From a virus (lineage: Duplodnaviria > Caudoviricetes): 26,007 nucleotides of DNA. The stretch lies in IMG/VR virus record IMGVR_UViG_3300030095_002742, positions 1 to 26,007 of that record; one strand, written 5' to 3'. This document shows positions 1 to 10,277 of the stretch, piece after piece (the first letter of the stretch is position 1; each line of letters starts with the position of its first letter). Both the position numbers and the translations under genes were made by a program. The notes under the pieces were generated by a model. That model searched no databases, was not told the origin of the DNA, and was given only the letters and a program-made list of their open reading frames with translations.

Positions 1-981
1 CACACCATCAAGGGTGTCACCGTTGTTGAGGGCAGTTGCAATCGTGATGTTAGCGGTTGTGGCTGCTCGAACCGTCAAGCGAGTTCGTATACCAGCTAAA
101 GCAGAATCGACATAACCCTTTGAAGCAACCGATAGGGCAGCTGATCCCATGCTGGCAAGCGTGGTTCCAGATGCCATTGCTGAAAAGGTGCCACCGGTTA
201 CAGTTTTACCGCTAAAGGTTATTGCGTCAGGAATCGAAATGGTTGGATTACCGGAGACCCCATCGCCATTTGCTAGTGTGATCTGATTTGATGTACCGGT
301 TATAGTTCGAGGTTCAGCTGCGCCAGATCCAGCATGAGCAATTAGGCCATTGCCCTCAGTTGATAGCAAATTTACAAAAACTTGCGCTGGTGTTTGAAAC
401 TCGTAATCAGTCTCTCCACTATTAACGCGAAGCATTTTACCAGCTGCGCTGCTTAAAGATGTTGGCAGCGCAAGTGAAGTGACCAACGCCAGGCTTGCAC
501 CGTCTGAAGAGAACCCAAGAATTTTGCTTGAACGAGTTGATGCATCGTCGGTGATCTCTGGTGAAGTTAAGTCCGTTAGCGTTTTACTTGTCTTCAAACT
601 TCGATCAAGTTCGTCTTGGATTTCTTGTACCTGGTGAGTTAGTTTATCCAGGGCATCTTCGTGTGCAGCTGCTGGAAATGGATCAGCTGGTAAATAATCT
701 GTCTCTTGCAAGTTTGCAGTATCTCTAAGAAAAATGACCGATTCTCCCGAAGCTGGAGCCGTCACAAAAGTTACTGTACCTCCTGATGCAGCCCCTACTC
801 CAGACACAGCATAATTTGTGCTTCCCGTTCCTTCACTCTTTAAAGTTTCTGCACCAGTTGCGGTTACACGTATGTATACCTTCAATTCAGTTGACGCGAA
901 TATCTTGAATCCATAACTAAATGCTGTTGTGCTTCCGTTGCCAGAATAGGCATTTCGGATCGTGGTGCTGCTAACGGTCAT
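1..981 (-). CDS. Tail fibre protein, T7 gp17-like N-terminus (partial, runs off the window)
   Basis: Not in ORF track. ATG at 981 overlaps upstream TGA (ATGA). Translates MTVSSTTIRNAYSGNGSTTAFSYGFKIF...PFPAAAHEDALDKLTHQVQE...VRAATTANITIATALNNGDTLDGV, same frame at base 1. Confidence 0.9.
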   Translation of the reverse strand, partial: MTVSSTTIRNAYSGNGSTTAFSYGFKIFASTELKVYIRVTATGAETLKSEGTGSTNYAVSGVGAASGGTVTFVTAPASGESVIFLRDTANLQETDYLPADPFPAAAHEDALDKLTHQVQEIQDELDRSLKTSKTLTDLTSPEITDDASTRSSKILGFSSDGASLALVTSLALPTSLSSAAGKMLRVNSGETDYEFQTPAQVFVNLLSTEGNGLIAHAGSGAAEPRTITGTSNQITLANGDGVSGNPTISIPDAITFSGKTVTGGTFSAMASGTTLASMGSAALSVASKGYVDSALAGIRTRLTVRAATTANITIATALNNGDTLDGV

Positions 982-3900
982 CGGTCTAATTCCTCATCAA
1001 ATTGTTCTTGATTTACTTCTTGCTCATCTTCTGCTTTTTCAATTCTTTCTTCTAATGCATCCCCAAACTTCTCACTTTCCCGAAGCATCTCCATCGCTTC
1101 TTCCTGGCTATTTCGCCATAACTTATTTACTGCTCGTTTTAATCGTGCAAATGCTTCCTCTTTAAATCTTCGCGCTATTTCTGTTTCTGCGTATTTTTTA
1201 GAAAACTTTTTTACAACTTTATAATTCTCGTCTTCATTGAATAATTCTTTCAATGATTCCTTAAATAATTTTCCAGCGTTCTCATGTAAATAATCGCGCT
1301 CTCTTGGCAACAATCGAACTTTGATTGGCAATCTAATTCCCTTTGTCAGTGGATCACCTTGTATTGATTGTCTTTGAGATTGCGGTTCAACGTAATCATC
1401 ACCAGCTGGCTCAAGAGCAATTCCAAGCCTTTGCAATTCTTTTGCTAAAGGTTCTTTTTTTGCATCTGATAAAAAGCGTGAAGAAACTTTTACATTTCCA
1501 AATACGTCATATTCCTTTGCAAGTTGGCTCGACAAAAAAGGCGTTCTTTCTCTTACAACATCAATTAAATCAACTTTAGCTCGCTGGGCTGGATCAATAA
1601 TATTTTCCCAATCTTTGACCATTGATGGAACCATTGCTCTTAAATATGATTTCAACCAATTTGGCCCATATGTTGATGGATCACCCACGGCTTTTATAAT
1701 TGCACCTAAAGATTTCATAAAAGATTTATTTGATAATGCGTATCCAAGTTGGGATATAACTTCAGCTGTAATTTCTAAATTATTTTTACCTAATTTACGT
1801 TCACGATTTGCAACCTCAATTGAATTTAATGTGAACCCAATTAAAGTAGATAACGGCTCAAGTCCTTCATAACTGACCCAAGTATCTCCAACCTTACAGC
1901 TGTATGGTTCAATCCCATCTAATTTATAGTTTGCTCGAACTTGTTGATTATTTGAAATTCCACCGGTACATAATTCTAGCTCATGTAAAACACCTAAAGT
2001 TGTAGCTATGCTTGTTCCCATCCAGATTCGCGCATGTGCTCTTGCTCTTCGTGCGCCACCAGCTGCTATATCATCAGCATTTTTTGAAGCCATAGGTAAA
2101 TTGAAATGTGATTTAGCATAACCGGTGAGAGCGTTTCGTTCTCCCACCCAGGAAAGTGAGTTTGCTGCAATGCGAAAGAACGGCACAGCCCATCGCATAA
2201 CGTCACCACGTAATGCTTCTTGCCATTTTTTTTGTGCTCCTGACATTTCCCCTGTTAAGGTAATATCTCTAGCATGTGCTCTTGCTGCTTGTTCAACCTC
2301 ATCAGTAGGATTGTGAACCATGTCAGCAATAAACTCTGAAAGCTCTTCGCCTTCTTTACCAGCTGACTTTCCATCTCGCCAGGCTCGCTCATATAAATAC
2401 TGTAAACGTGCTGCTACTTTACCGCCAACATCTCCCATTGCTAATTGCCGACCACCAAAATGCCCCAGAGTTATAAGAGACGCAGTATGATTTAATAACC
2501 GCCCTTTTATATTGCCTGTAACGCCTAAAGCTTCAGCAGAAAAAGCATCTTTAAAAATACGGGCTCCTTGTCCACTCTCAAACTTATTAGATCCATACAA
2601 TTCTTCTCTTGTTAAAAAAGCACGACCAGCCGATTGAGCAATATGAAAAGTGTTGGCTAATATACCAAATGTCCCAGCATTAGCTTCTAGGGGTGATCCA
2701 GATAATGCAGTTTCCATTTTGTGAGTCATTAACTGTGACGTAATGCCAGCAATGTTTTTAATTCCTGTCCAAGGGCCACTTAAAATTAGACTCAAATAAA
2801 CTTCATAAGCAGCATCGCCACCCTTTTTCCATTTAGAAATTTCTCGTGGCATTTTAGCCTTTTGCTCTAACGTATTTAAGTGACGGTACGCTCCCATCGC
2901 TTCAAGAGCATTATCACTCCCGCCCATTCTATCGAGCAGTTCAAGCATTTGATTTGTATTTAGGTTTTTATCTAAACCAACGGGAACTCGCATTGCACCG
3001 GTTGCCCTGGCAATATCACTTTGTGCGCCAAGAAATGCTCTAGTTAAATTTGCAACGTAGGTGCTTTGTTGCATAAAAAGAACTTTGTCCCGATCTGATG
3101 GGCCAACAATAGCACCGTCTGCGTCCGTTCTTTTAAATGCAGTATTAACAATTCTATCTAGCGCAGCAATTTCACTGACAACCATTTCTTTGCCGGCAAT
3201 CATTAATGCCGGTAATGAACCAGGCTTGCTCAAATCAATTTGAATTTTTCCAGATAAAAATGTTTTTGCCAGATCCCTCATCTTTTTAGGTGTTGATCCA
3301 ACCAAATCAGCCATCTTGCGCTGTTCTTCGAGTGATATAGTTTTTAATTCTTCTGGAGATAATTTCTCAAGTTTTTTCTCAACTAAACTAACTGTATTTT
3401 GAATTGTGCGATAAACGTCCCCCTCATCCGGTACTTTTACATTATCGTAACTTACCTCTCCATTTCTTGTTCCAACAGCACGAATACGCCCTAACATTCC
3501 GTCTTTCAAAACGTCACTAGAATCACGCACATCTTGCATAAAAATATCTAGGTCTTCATTGCCGGTTATTAATCTTTCCTTGTAGGCTGTCTGGTCTTGC
3601 TTTTCCAATTGGATAATTGGGCTAACACCTAAGTCACCCTCTATGGTCGTATCATTTGTCCCAGCTGGTACTTCTGGTATTTCTGCTTCTTCTGGTGGAA
3701 TTTCCACAGGATCAGGCTTTTTAGTATATTGATCTTTTAATAATTGCTCTGCTTTTCCTTTTGCACCACGTCCGGTAAACGTGCCTAGCACAATTGGATC
3801 ACCGTCTGTTCCAGTATCAATTGCTTCATAGACAGCTGGAGTTTGTTGTGTTTGTCGTACCTGGTATCGTTTGTTTATTTTTAAATTTGGTAAAACCGTA

Positions 3901-4181
3901 ACATCGTCTTCAAGAGGTACGACTTGAAGTGTGTCTTTCAACTCTTCTTCTTTTTTTCGTTTTTCATTTATAAGGCGTTGGCCTTCCATTAATATTTTGC
4001 CTTGGCCTTTTATTGGCTTATTTACATTCGGCAGAACTTGTCGGCTACCTTTCATAACACCAGCCATAGCAACATCAAATTCCTCGTTTGGTGCTTTTTT
4101 CTCTTCCATTTCAGCAAACAAGTCAGGCGTGACGTTCAATGGTTCTCGGTTTTCTGGTGGGATGTAATCTTCTATAGCCAT
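978..4181 (-). CDS. Large internal virion/ejection protein (gp16-like position), 1067 aa
   Basis: Size, position just before the fibre, helical character, C-terminal PFFRIAAN and YSCKVGDTWVSYEGLEPLSTLIG segments typical of podovirus internal proteins. Confidence 0.7.
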   Translation of the reverse strand: MAIEDYIPPENREPLNVTPDLFAEMEEKKAPNEEFDVAMAGVMKGSRQVLPNVNKPIKGQGKILMEGQRLINEKRKKEEELKDTLQVVPLEDDVTVLPNLKINKRYQVRQTQQTPAVYEAIDTGTDGDPIVLGTFTGRGAKGKAEQLLKDQYTKKPDPVEIPPEEAEIPEVPAGTNDTTIEGDLGVSPIIQLEKQDQTAYKERLITGNEDLDIFMQDVRDSSDVLKDGMLGRIRAVGTRNGEVSYDNVKVPDEGDVYRTIQNTVSLVEKKLEKLSPEELKTISLEEQRKMADLVGSTPKKMRDLAKTFLSGKIQIDLSKPGSLPALMIAGKEMVVSEIAALDRIVNTAFKRTDADGAIVGPSDRDKVLFMQQSTYVANLTRAFLGAQSDIARATGAMRVPVGLDKNLNTNQMLELLDRMGGSDNALEAMGAYRHLNTLEQKAKMPREISKWKKGGDAAYEVYLSLILSGPWTGIKNIAGITSQLMTHKMETALSGSPLEANAGTFGILANTFHIAQSAGRAFLTREELYGSNKFESGQGARIFKDAFSAEALGVTGNIKGRLLNHTASLITLGHFGGRQLAMGDVGGKVAARLQYLYERAWRDGKSAGKEGEELSEFIADMVHNPTDEVEQAARAHARDITLTGEMSGAQKKWQEALRGDVMRWAVPFFRIAANSLSWVGERNALTGYAKSHFNLPMASKNADDIAAGGARRARAHARIWMGTSIATTLGVLHELELCTGGISNNQQVRANYKLDGIEPYSCKVGDTWVSYEGLEPLSTLIGFTLNSIEVANRERKLGKNNLEITAEVISQLGYALSNKSFMKSLGAIIKAVGDPSTYGPNWLKSYLRAMVPSMVKDWENIIDPAQRAKVDLIDVVRERTPFLSSQLAKEYDVFGNVKVSSRFLSDAKKEPLAKELQRLGIALEPAGDDYVEPQSQRQSIQGDPLTKGIRLPIKVRLLPRERDYLHENAGKLFKESLKELFNEDENYKVVKKFSKKYAETEIARRFKEEAFARLKRAVNKLWRNSQEEAMEMLRESEKFGDALEERIEKAEDEQEVNQEQFDEELDR

Positions 4182-4194
4182 TCAATTTTCCAAT

Positions 4195-4219
4195 AAAAAA
4201 CCCACCGTATAGGTGGGTT
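4195..4219 (-). terminator. Rho-independent terminator
   Basis: Minus strand AACCCACC-TATAC-GGTGGG-TTTTTT: GC stem followed by U6. Confidence 0.8.
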
Positions 4220-4244
4220 AGGTTAACCAATATTATATTATAAT

Positions 4245-4406
4245 TTAGGCTGGTGGTTTAGCTCCAGTGACAATAAGCTGCCTATCACGATCTGCTAGTA
4301 CACCTCTTTTCTCAGATGAAATTTGATTTCGCAGCATTTGGACAACAGGTGAGTTTTCACCTTGTCGTTTAATGCATCTTTCTAACTGCTCTTCAAGACT
4401 ACTCAT
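4245..4406 (-). CDS. Small hypothetical protein, 53 aa (MSSLEEQLERCIKRQGENSPVVQMLRNQISSEKRGVLADRDRQLIVTGAKPPA)
   Basis: Below ORF-track cutoff; ATGA overlap with stop of the 1058-aa gene, GGGGGA SD-like upstream, fills the gap up to the terminator. Confidence 0.75.
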   Translation of the reverse strand: MSSLEEQLERCIKRQGENSPVVQMLRNQISSEKRGVLADRDRQLIVTGAKPPA

Positions 4407-7400
4407 TTCCATCCCCCTTCGGGTTTGTTAGCTGTGCGAACGTCAAAGTGTAACACATTACCTGTAGCAATGTCATCCGAATATTTAGTTAATGTTTCTA
4501 ACATTATGTCGTGAAATTTATCCTCAACAGTTATTAAATATTTTGCTTGTTCATCAGGTGTGCCATTTAAGGGCCACTTAGGATCGTATTCTGGTACATA
4601 TAACCAACGCACTCCAGTAAGCCCAGCTGTGCCTGTTGTTGCTTGTGGATTAGCAAGCGATTGTACGTCAACCCTGTCCGATTGTCTTGCGTCAGTAATA
4701 AAAGTAAAACCGTCAACCCCAAGGTTACGCAAATCTGCAACAACGCCTTCTGCAAAATTTTCTGGCATTCTACGTTTGAAAAACAATTCTGTTCCAGGTC
4801 TTGCATTTGGCGTTGTCTTATCAACAACTTTTGCCATAAAAACCGAATCTTGATCGTATTTTTTTGCGGTATCTACAAGAGCTTTAAATACTGGCTCTGG
4901 ATCAAAATCTTCTCTTGCCACTATTTCAGCATTTAATGATCGCTCTGTTACATCAATCATTTCACCATCGTCACCAGGAAATCTAAATCTTCCATAACTG
5001 TTATTTAATTGATAACCAATTGCTGCATCCTGGTTTCGTATTGGCGCATCTAATGCAGATGCTGTTTCTGCCATAACAATATTTGTTGGTACTTTGCCTT
5101 CTCGTTCTGGTGACACTCCTAAAACTGTTCTTTCAAGCGGAGCTTCGAGTGTTCTTAGTTCTGTTTCAGCTGCTTCTTTTTCAGCTGCTGAATATTTTGC
5201 TTGTCCCATTATGTCCCGTAATTCTGATATACGGTCTTGGTTTTTTGATCCAGCTAAAGCTAGTTCATCGCTGGCACTTCCACCAATGTCAGTAAAACCC
5301 ATATTCCCCCATTTTTCTTTTTCCATAAACCAAGCAACAGCTTGTAAGTCTTTTGGAGTCAGGTCACCAAGTGTGGGGTCTAATTTATTAATTGAACCAT
5401 CTGCATTAATTTGTTCACTTACTTTTTGAAAAACATCTTGTCCAAATTTAAATTCACTTCCAACTTTAGAATTTTCAAATGTTGAACCAACTAAATGTTT
5501 ACCAGCCACAGCTTTTTCCGCTGCTGGTATTATTCGAGGTTGTCCAGTCAAATCACGGAGATATCGCGCAGCCCAAACATCAATTGTCGCTTCATCGCCA
5601 ATATTCAAAACATTTTTAGCAAAATTTAATGTCTTTGGTGCTTTTCCTGTTTTTACATTACGAAAAAGCCCTAACAAAGCTTCTGTAGCAGCTGGGCTAT
5701 TTGCGTTGAATAGTTCACCAGTTGCTTTTGTAATTAGCGGAAATTTGCCTTCTTTAAACAATGGGTGCAAATCTTTACTGCCCATTGATTCACCAGAATC
5801 TTTTCTCGCAGAATATGCCTGGATCTCTTTATCAAATTCACCACGCGAAAATCGTTGTAAAACAATTAATGCGTTTTCCATATTTTGACGCACGTTAGTT
5901 TGTGCTGATGTTGCCCCCATTAAATCTGCAAACAAATCACCTAAACCTCCAAATTGTTTACGTAACTTTACCGAAGTATCTCTATACCATCTAGCCTGGG
6001 CGATAATTTCTTGTGCAGCTTCATCACCCGACTCCGCTCTAGCAACAACCGCATTTATGTCATTAACCATTTTGGTTGAAATTTCGCTAACATGCTCAAC
6101 ATATTTTTTCTTACCTTTAGGTTTGTGAAATGCGTAAGCTGGTTGTTTAAATTTTGGTTTAAAAATTAATTCGCCTTTTTTATTTTCTTTAAAGCTACCA
6201 CCTGTAATTTCAAATTTGTCCCATCCATCACTTGTAGGATAAGTTGACCGTAAATTTCTAATAGTATCAGAAGCTAATCTTTCTTTAGTTTTGTCTCCAC
6301 CGCTGCTTATTTTAATAACAGACGTATCTCCTTTAGTTAGCCTTATATCATTATCAGTTGGCCCAACGCCCATTCGTAATGTGCTTGGGTTTGCAGCCAT
6401 ATTTTCAGCTGCTCTGTTGAATGCTCGTGCAGCAGCTGGTGCTGAACCTAACCCAACACCAAGCCCTGTTCCTACTGCTCCAGCTAGTGCAATCTTTCCC
6501 CAGTCATATTCTTTTTGTGCTCCAGATTCTATAAGGCGATACTGCTCCATCATTTCAGAAGATGCTGCGTATATATTGCCTTCCGTTCCCATTGCTATTA
6601 GTAGCTTTCCTCGACGTGCAGTGTTAATCATTCCGTCCAAAATTTTTTTTCCGGTATATGATTTAACTCCACTAAAGGGTGCAGAGAATATTTTTAAAGA
6701 CGTTAAACCAACTAAGTTTAATGGATCAAACACCGTAGCTCTAAGAACACCATCCCAATCAACATCATCATTTTTATTCTTTCTGAGATTTAACAGATTT
6801 ATTGTTGCCATTTGAACATCTGTTGGCATATCCGCAAACTTACTTACATTTAAAATTGATGACGTAAAACCATGCTCTAGCTGTCCAGCATATCGATGAC
6901 CCCACAATGCGACCTTATCATCAGATTCATTTTTTGCTTCCGCTAATCTTTGTTTTTCAAAGTCTAATCTCTGAGCCCGTATTTTACTAATATCACCGCC
7001 ATCTAATTCTCCAGGCGTCATATTTACGCGATTAGCATACTCATATAAAATACGACTAAAAGCTAGATGTGCTTCAGCTGGTGTATCTTTAGCCCGTCCG
7101 TTTTCATCACCATACACAAGCGTATGCTCACTCGTGGATTTTTTGTGCCAAGGTAAAGTATTGTTGTCTACAGGTTCAACATCTTCTTTTTTAGGCCATG
7201 AAAAAAGATTGCCCGTTGCCAAAACATTTTGTGCATCACTTCTTGGCATTACTTGATCAGTGTCAGCTGGATTTGGTGCTTTGACTTCTGGTGCTTTAAC
7301 TTCTGGCTTTTTACCCTCTGGCACACCGCCAGCATCCGTCATTACTTTGCCGTCTGATGCATCAGCATACACCAAGCTAGGTGGTAAATCATTGTCATAC

Positions 7401-7579
7401 AGATACTCAACATCGTGTATGTTGCCTTCAGCGTCTGGCTGTCCAAGCATTTGTGCAGTTTCGCTATTCATAAACGCTTCTTTATCCAACGATGCGTCTG
7501 TAATATTTTGTAATAAACTGTCAGTAATGCTTCGGTTTTCTGGCTGTTCAATAGGCTCGAAAAATAATGGATCTCTCAC
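4403..7579 (-). CDS. Large polyvalent virion/ejection-associated protein, 1058 aa, with glycosylase-like and possible SAM-lyase-like domains
   Basis: Lies in ejection cluster. Motifs WYRD..FADLMGATSAQTNV..N..KTLNFAKN..TIDVWAARY..LQAVAW, then YGRF..ERSL..AKKYDQDSVF. Confidence 0.6.
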   Translation of the reverse strand: MRDPLFFEPIEQPENRSITDSLLQNITDASLDKEAFMNSETAQMLGQPDAEGNIHDVEYLYDNDLPPSLVYADASDGKVMTDAGGVPEGKKPEVKAPEVKAPNPADTDQVMPRSDAQNVLATGNLFSWPKKEDVEPVDNNTLPWHKKSTSEHTLVYGDENGRAKDTPAEAHLAFSRILYEYANRVNMTPGELDGGDISKIRAQRLDFEKQRLAEAKNESDDKVALWGHRYAGQLEHGFTSSILNVSKFADMPTDVQMATINLLNLRKNKNDDVDWDGVLRATVFDPLNLVGLTSLKIFSAPFSGVKSYTGKKILDGMINTARRGKLLIAMGTEGNIYAASSEMMEQYRLIESGAQKEYDWGKIALAGAVGTGLGVGLGSAPAAARAFNRAAENMAANPSTLRMGVGPTDNDIRLTKGDTSVIKISSGGDKTKERLASDTIRNLRSTYPTSDGWDKFEITGGSFKENKKGELIFKPKFKQPAYAFHKPKGKKKYVEHVSEISTKMVNDINAVVARAESGDEAAQEIIAQARWYRDTSVKLRKQFGGLGDLFADLMGATSAQTNVRQNMENALIVLQRFSRGEFDKEIQAYSARKDSGESMGSKDLHPLFKEGKFPLITKATGELFNANSPAATEALLGLFRNVKTGKAPKTLNFAKNVLNIGDEATIDVWAARYLRDLTGQPRIIPAAEKAVAGKHLVGSTFENSKVGSEFKFGQDVFQKVSEQINADGSINKLDPTLGDLTPKDLQAVAWFMEKEKWGNMGFTDIGGSASDELALAGSKNQDRISELRDIMGQAKYSAAEKEAAETELRTLEAPLERTVLGVSPEREGKVPTNIVMAETASALDAPIRNQDAAIGYQLNNSYGRFRFPGDDGEMIDVTERSLNAEIVAREDFDPEPVFKALVDTAKKYDQDSVFMAKVVDKTTPNARPGTELFFKRRMPENFAEGVVADLRNLGVDGFTFITDARQSDRVDVQSLANPQATTGTAGLTGVRWLYVPEYDPKWPLNGTPDEQAKYLITVEDKFHDIMLETLTKYSDDIATGNVLHFDVRTANKPEGGWK

Positions 7580-9387
7580 TTTTCTTTCTCCGGTGTTTTT
7601 TTCGGTCTATTTTCGATGTATTCTCTAATTGCTCTTATTGCGACCTCTGTGCGATACAACGACCTAACGGAAAGACGATCTTTTCTAGTCATTCCAGAAA
7701 CCTGATCCAGCCCCAGCTTTAAACTTGTTCGATCACGGTTTTTAAGTGAGTTTTCCCATTTGGTTTCCATGTCAGATACCATAGATTCTTTCCATCTTTT
7801 AGCCCCAAGCATTCTTCCAGATGTTCGCATAAACTTTTGACGAAATTCTGATGGAACACTACCTAAAACTTTTTGCATAAACTTTTCGTCTTTTGCCAAA
7901 CCTTCGGTAATTGTTTCAACATACGCTTCGTAAGGGCGCATACCACTCTCTCTCAAATCATTGTACATTTCTTGTCCGTCAGCATCGCTCATTAAAATAT
8001 CACGACTTGTGTCTTTAACCATGAAACGATCTCTACCCGAAAAAACACTTTTTATTCGCGATAAATATTTCTTATCATTTTGTCCTTCTGGTGTTTTGTC
8101 TTGGTTTTGCATTCGTGTAATTAATGAATCTAATTTATTTAAAGATCGTGGGGAAATTTCATTGTCTTCTTCTGATTGCTCTATTTCTGTCCTTATATTT
8201 TCAAGCTCTTGGTCTGTAATTGCATCAGCAATTTGTCGTTTATAATCACTTACTTTTGCAATATTTTGCTCTTTACCCTCATTTTCTGAAAATTCAATCA
8301 ATGTTTTTGCTGCACCATACGGTAACTTTCCCTCAGTCTCCATATCGCGCAATTGATCTGACGTGTAAGGTCTTTCAATTTCTTGGCCTTTACCAATGCT
8401 TTTCCAATAATCAGTTATTTGCCCGTAGACTTTAGACTTTATTTTTTTTGCTTTTTCTTTTTCTGCTTTTTTAGTATCTGCTAAATTTCGTCTTATTTGA
8501 CCTTCTGCTGCTCTTTCATAACTGTCTCTTTTTTGAACCAAACTTGTGCTTAATCTTGCTCGTGCTCGTGGTAACAAATCAGTATAATTATTTTTGTCAG
8601 CAACCTCTTTAATTAAATTAGCCAATGCAATTTCTGGCTCTTTTGAATTTAAAGCCTCAAACGTTTTTTGCTCAACAGCTCCGCTGTCTACGTCACTTAA
8701 AGATTTTAATGTGCGTGAAACCGCCTGGACTTGAGTAATAGAACCTTGTTCAGCAAGGGCTAAATTATGATTTGTAATTTCTATTTTTGTTTTTACACGT
8801 TGTGGCTCTGTTTCAGCTACACTTCTTTTAATAAGATTACTTAATGTGATGTCTGCAACAGATATTGCATGATCATTATATCGCACTCTAAGTGCTTTAT
8901 TGATGCCAGGGGATACATCTGTAAGTCTTTTATTTGCAGATGTAATAAAACGCCTTCTCGCTACGGGATCAGATATTGAACTAGCAAGACGCCTAATTTC
9001 AGCCTTCGATGATTTCTGAATCTTTTTTAGTGCCGTTAAAGGATTATCTTGAGTAACAATAGTTTTTGGACGGCTTATTCTTAACTCTGGGTCTTGAACA
9101 ATAGTACGTTTTGTTGTTGTTGATAATTTACCTGAAACAATATTATCTTGAGTTTGTAAAATCCACTTTTCAAATTCTGCATCTTTTTCAGCTTGTGCCG
9201 TTGCACGACTTTGTTTGAGCTCATACTCAAAAAACTTCATGCCAATATCCGTCACCTGGTTAAGTGTATTTTGCGCTGCGCGAATACCACTGCTAACATT
9301 TTGTGGATTTGCAAACGCATTTAGCATAGTTTGACCAGCTGATTTAACAGGTGCTGTTTGTCTTTTATATGTTGGAACTTTTGCCAT
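7576..9387 (-). CDS. Internal virion protein (gp15-like position), 603 aa
   Basis: Position after gp14-like gene; N-terminal MAKVPTY, charged helical composition. Confidence 0.6.
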   Translation of the reverse strand: MAKVPTYKRQTAPVKSAGQTMLNAFANPQNVSSGIRAAQNTLNQVTDIGMKFFEYELKQSRATAQAEKDAEFEKWILQTQDNIVSGKLSTTTKRTIVQDPELRISRPKTIVTQDNPLTALKKIQKSSKAEIRRLASSISDPVARRRFITSANKRLTDVSPGINKALRVRYNDHAISVADITLSNLIKRSVAETEPQRVKTKIEITNHNLALAEQGSITQVQAVSRTLKSLSDVDSGAVEQKTFEALNSKEPEIALANLIKEVADKNNYTDLLPRARARLSTSLVQKRDSYERAAEGQIRRNLADTKKAEKEKAKKIKSKVYGQITDYWKSIGKGQEIERPYTSDQLRDMETEGKLPYGAAKTLIEFSENEGKEQNIAKVSDYKRQIADAITDQELENIRTEIEQSEEDNEISPRSLNKLDSLITRMQNQDKTPEGQNDKKYLSRIKSVFSGRDRFMVKDTSRDILMSDADGQEMYNDLRESGMRPYEAYVETITEGLAKDEKFMQKVLGSVPSEFRQKFMRTSGRMLGAKRWKESMVSDMETKWENSLKNRDRTSLKLGLDQVSGMTRKDRLSVRSLYRTEVAIRAIREYIENRPKKTPEKEK

Positions 9388-9390
9388 TTG

Positions 9391-9849
9391 TTACGCCATT
9401 AAATAAATTGAGCCAGCAGTTTTTGCTAAGCCTAACATTCCTTGCATCTGTTGCTGTTTTGCTCGTTGTCTTGCAATACCGCCATACATACGATCTAGGT
9501 CAGCACTTAATCTTTCATTGACGCCACGCTCTCTCGTAGCTTGTGCGCCTGTAAGAGCTTGCCATCTTTTTAGCTGCACTTCTTCATCTGCTTCTGCTGC
9601 ATTTTCAATTGCAACTAGATATGGCGTACCACCTTCAGCTACCCATCCATTTGATCTAAAAGCCTGGGATGTTGCTTTATTTAATTTTTGAAAATCTTCA
9701 CGGAAATCTGAAATTTCCCACTCTGCACCAAACAGCTGCGCTTCAGCTTCTTGTTCCAATGCCTTTGCATTTCTCTCTCTTATTTTCGCGTTATATTCAT
9801 ACGCTGCTTGTTCTGCTGCGCCAGCTGCGCCTGACATTAAAAAACCCAT
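9391..9849 (-). CDS. Internal virion protein (gp14-like), 152 aa
   Basis: Ala/Gln-rich helical protein with central NGWVAEGGTP motif, directly after the GNAT gene as in T7-like ejection modules. Confidence 0.7.
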   Translation of the reverse strand: MGFLMSGAAGAAEQAAYEYNAKIRERNAKALEQEAEAQLFGAEWEISDFREDFQKLNKATSQAFRSNGWVAEGGTPYLVAIENAAEADEEVQLKRWQALTGAQATRERGVNERLSADLDRMYGGIARQRAKQQQMQGMLGLAKTAGSIYLMA

Positions 9850-10277
9850 TAAAATAACCTCGCCATCATTATATAATCCTGACCTTCTAAACCATACCGC
9901 CTAAGACGGCCTTCTGATTGGAATCCAAAAAACTTAGCAAACCTAATATCTCGTTCTATCTCTGCATCACATGTTGCTTGTATGCGTCTAAAACCAAACT
10001 CATTAGATAACTCTTCAAGCTTTTTTCGTATAATCTTTATTGCAGACAATTTATTCTTTGTAAGAGTTAAAGCCGGTAGAAACCATGCTTCGCCAACACC
10101 ATCCCATAATGGGTAAACGCCAGATGAAAATATTAAATGACCATTATCTGTAAGTGACCAATTACTCTTATGATTTGCTATTTCTTCAATATATGCGGAA
10201 TCTTTTCGTACATCCCCATCAGTTAAATGAGTTTGTAATTCAACTGCATGATCTGGAATGAAATCAATTAATTTCAT
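9849..10277 (-). CDS. GNAT-fold acetyltransferase-like virion assembly protein (T7 gp13-like)
   Basis: GVGEAW and RFAKFFGFQSEGRLRRYG motifs; canonical position after tail tube B. Confidence 0.8.
   Translation of the reverse strand: MKLIDFIPDHAVELQTHLTDGDVRKDSAYIEEIANHKSNWSLTDNGHLIFSSGVYPLWDGVGEAWFLPALTLTKNKLSAIKIIRKKLEELSNEFGFRRIQATCDAEIERDIRFAKFFGFQSEGRLRRYGLEGQDYIMMARLF

Noticed and set aside
1-981. Diversity-generating retroelement as in BPP-1
   Set aside because: No reverse transcriptase or template/variable repeat pair visible; fibre C-terminus is outside the window so it cannot be assessed
7277-7307. 15-nt tandem repeat encoding PEVKA x2
   Set aside because: Ordinary linker duplication in a disordered region
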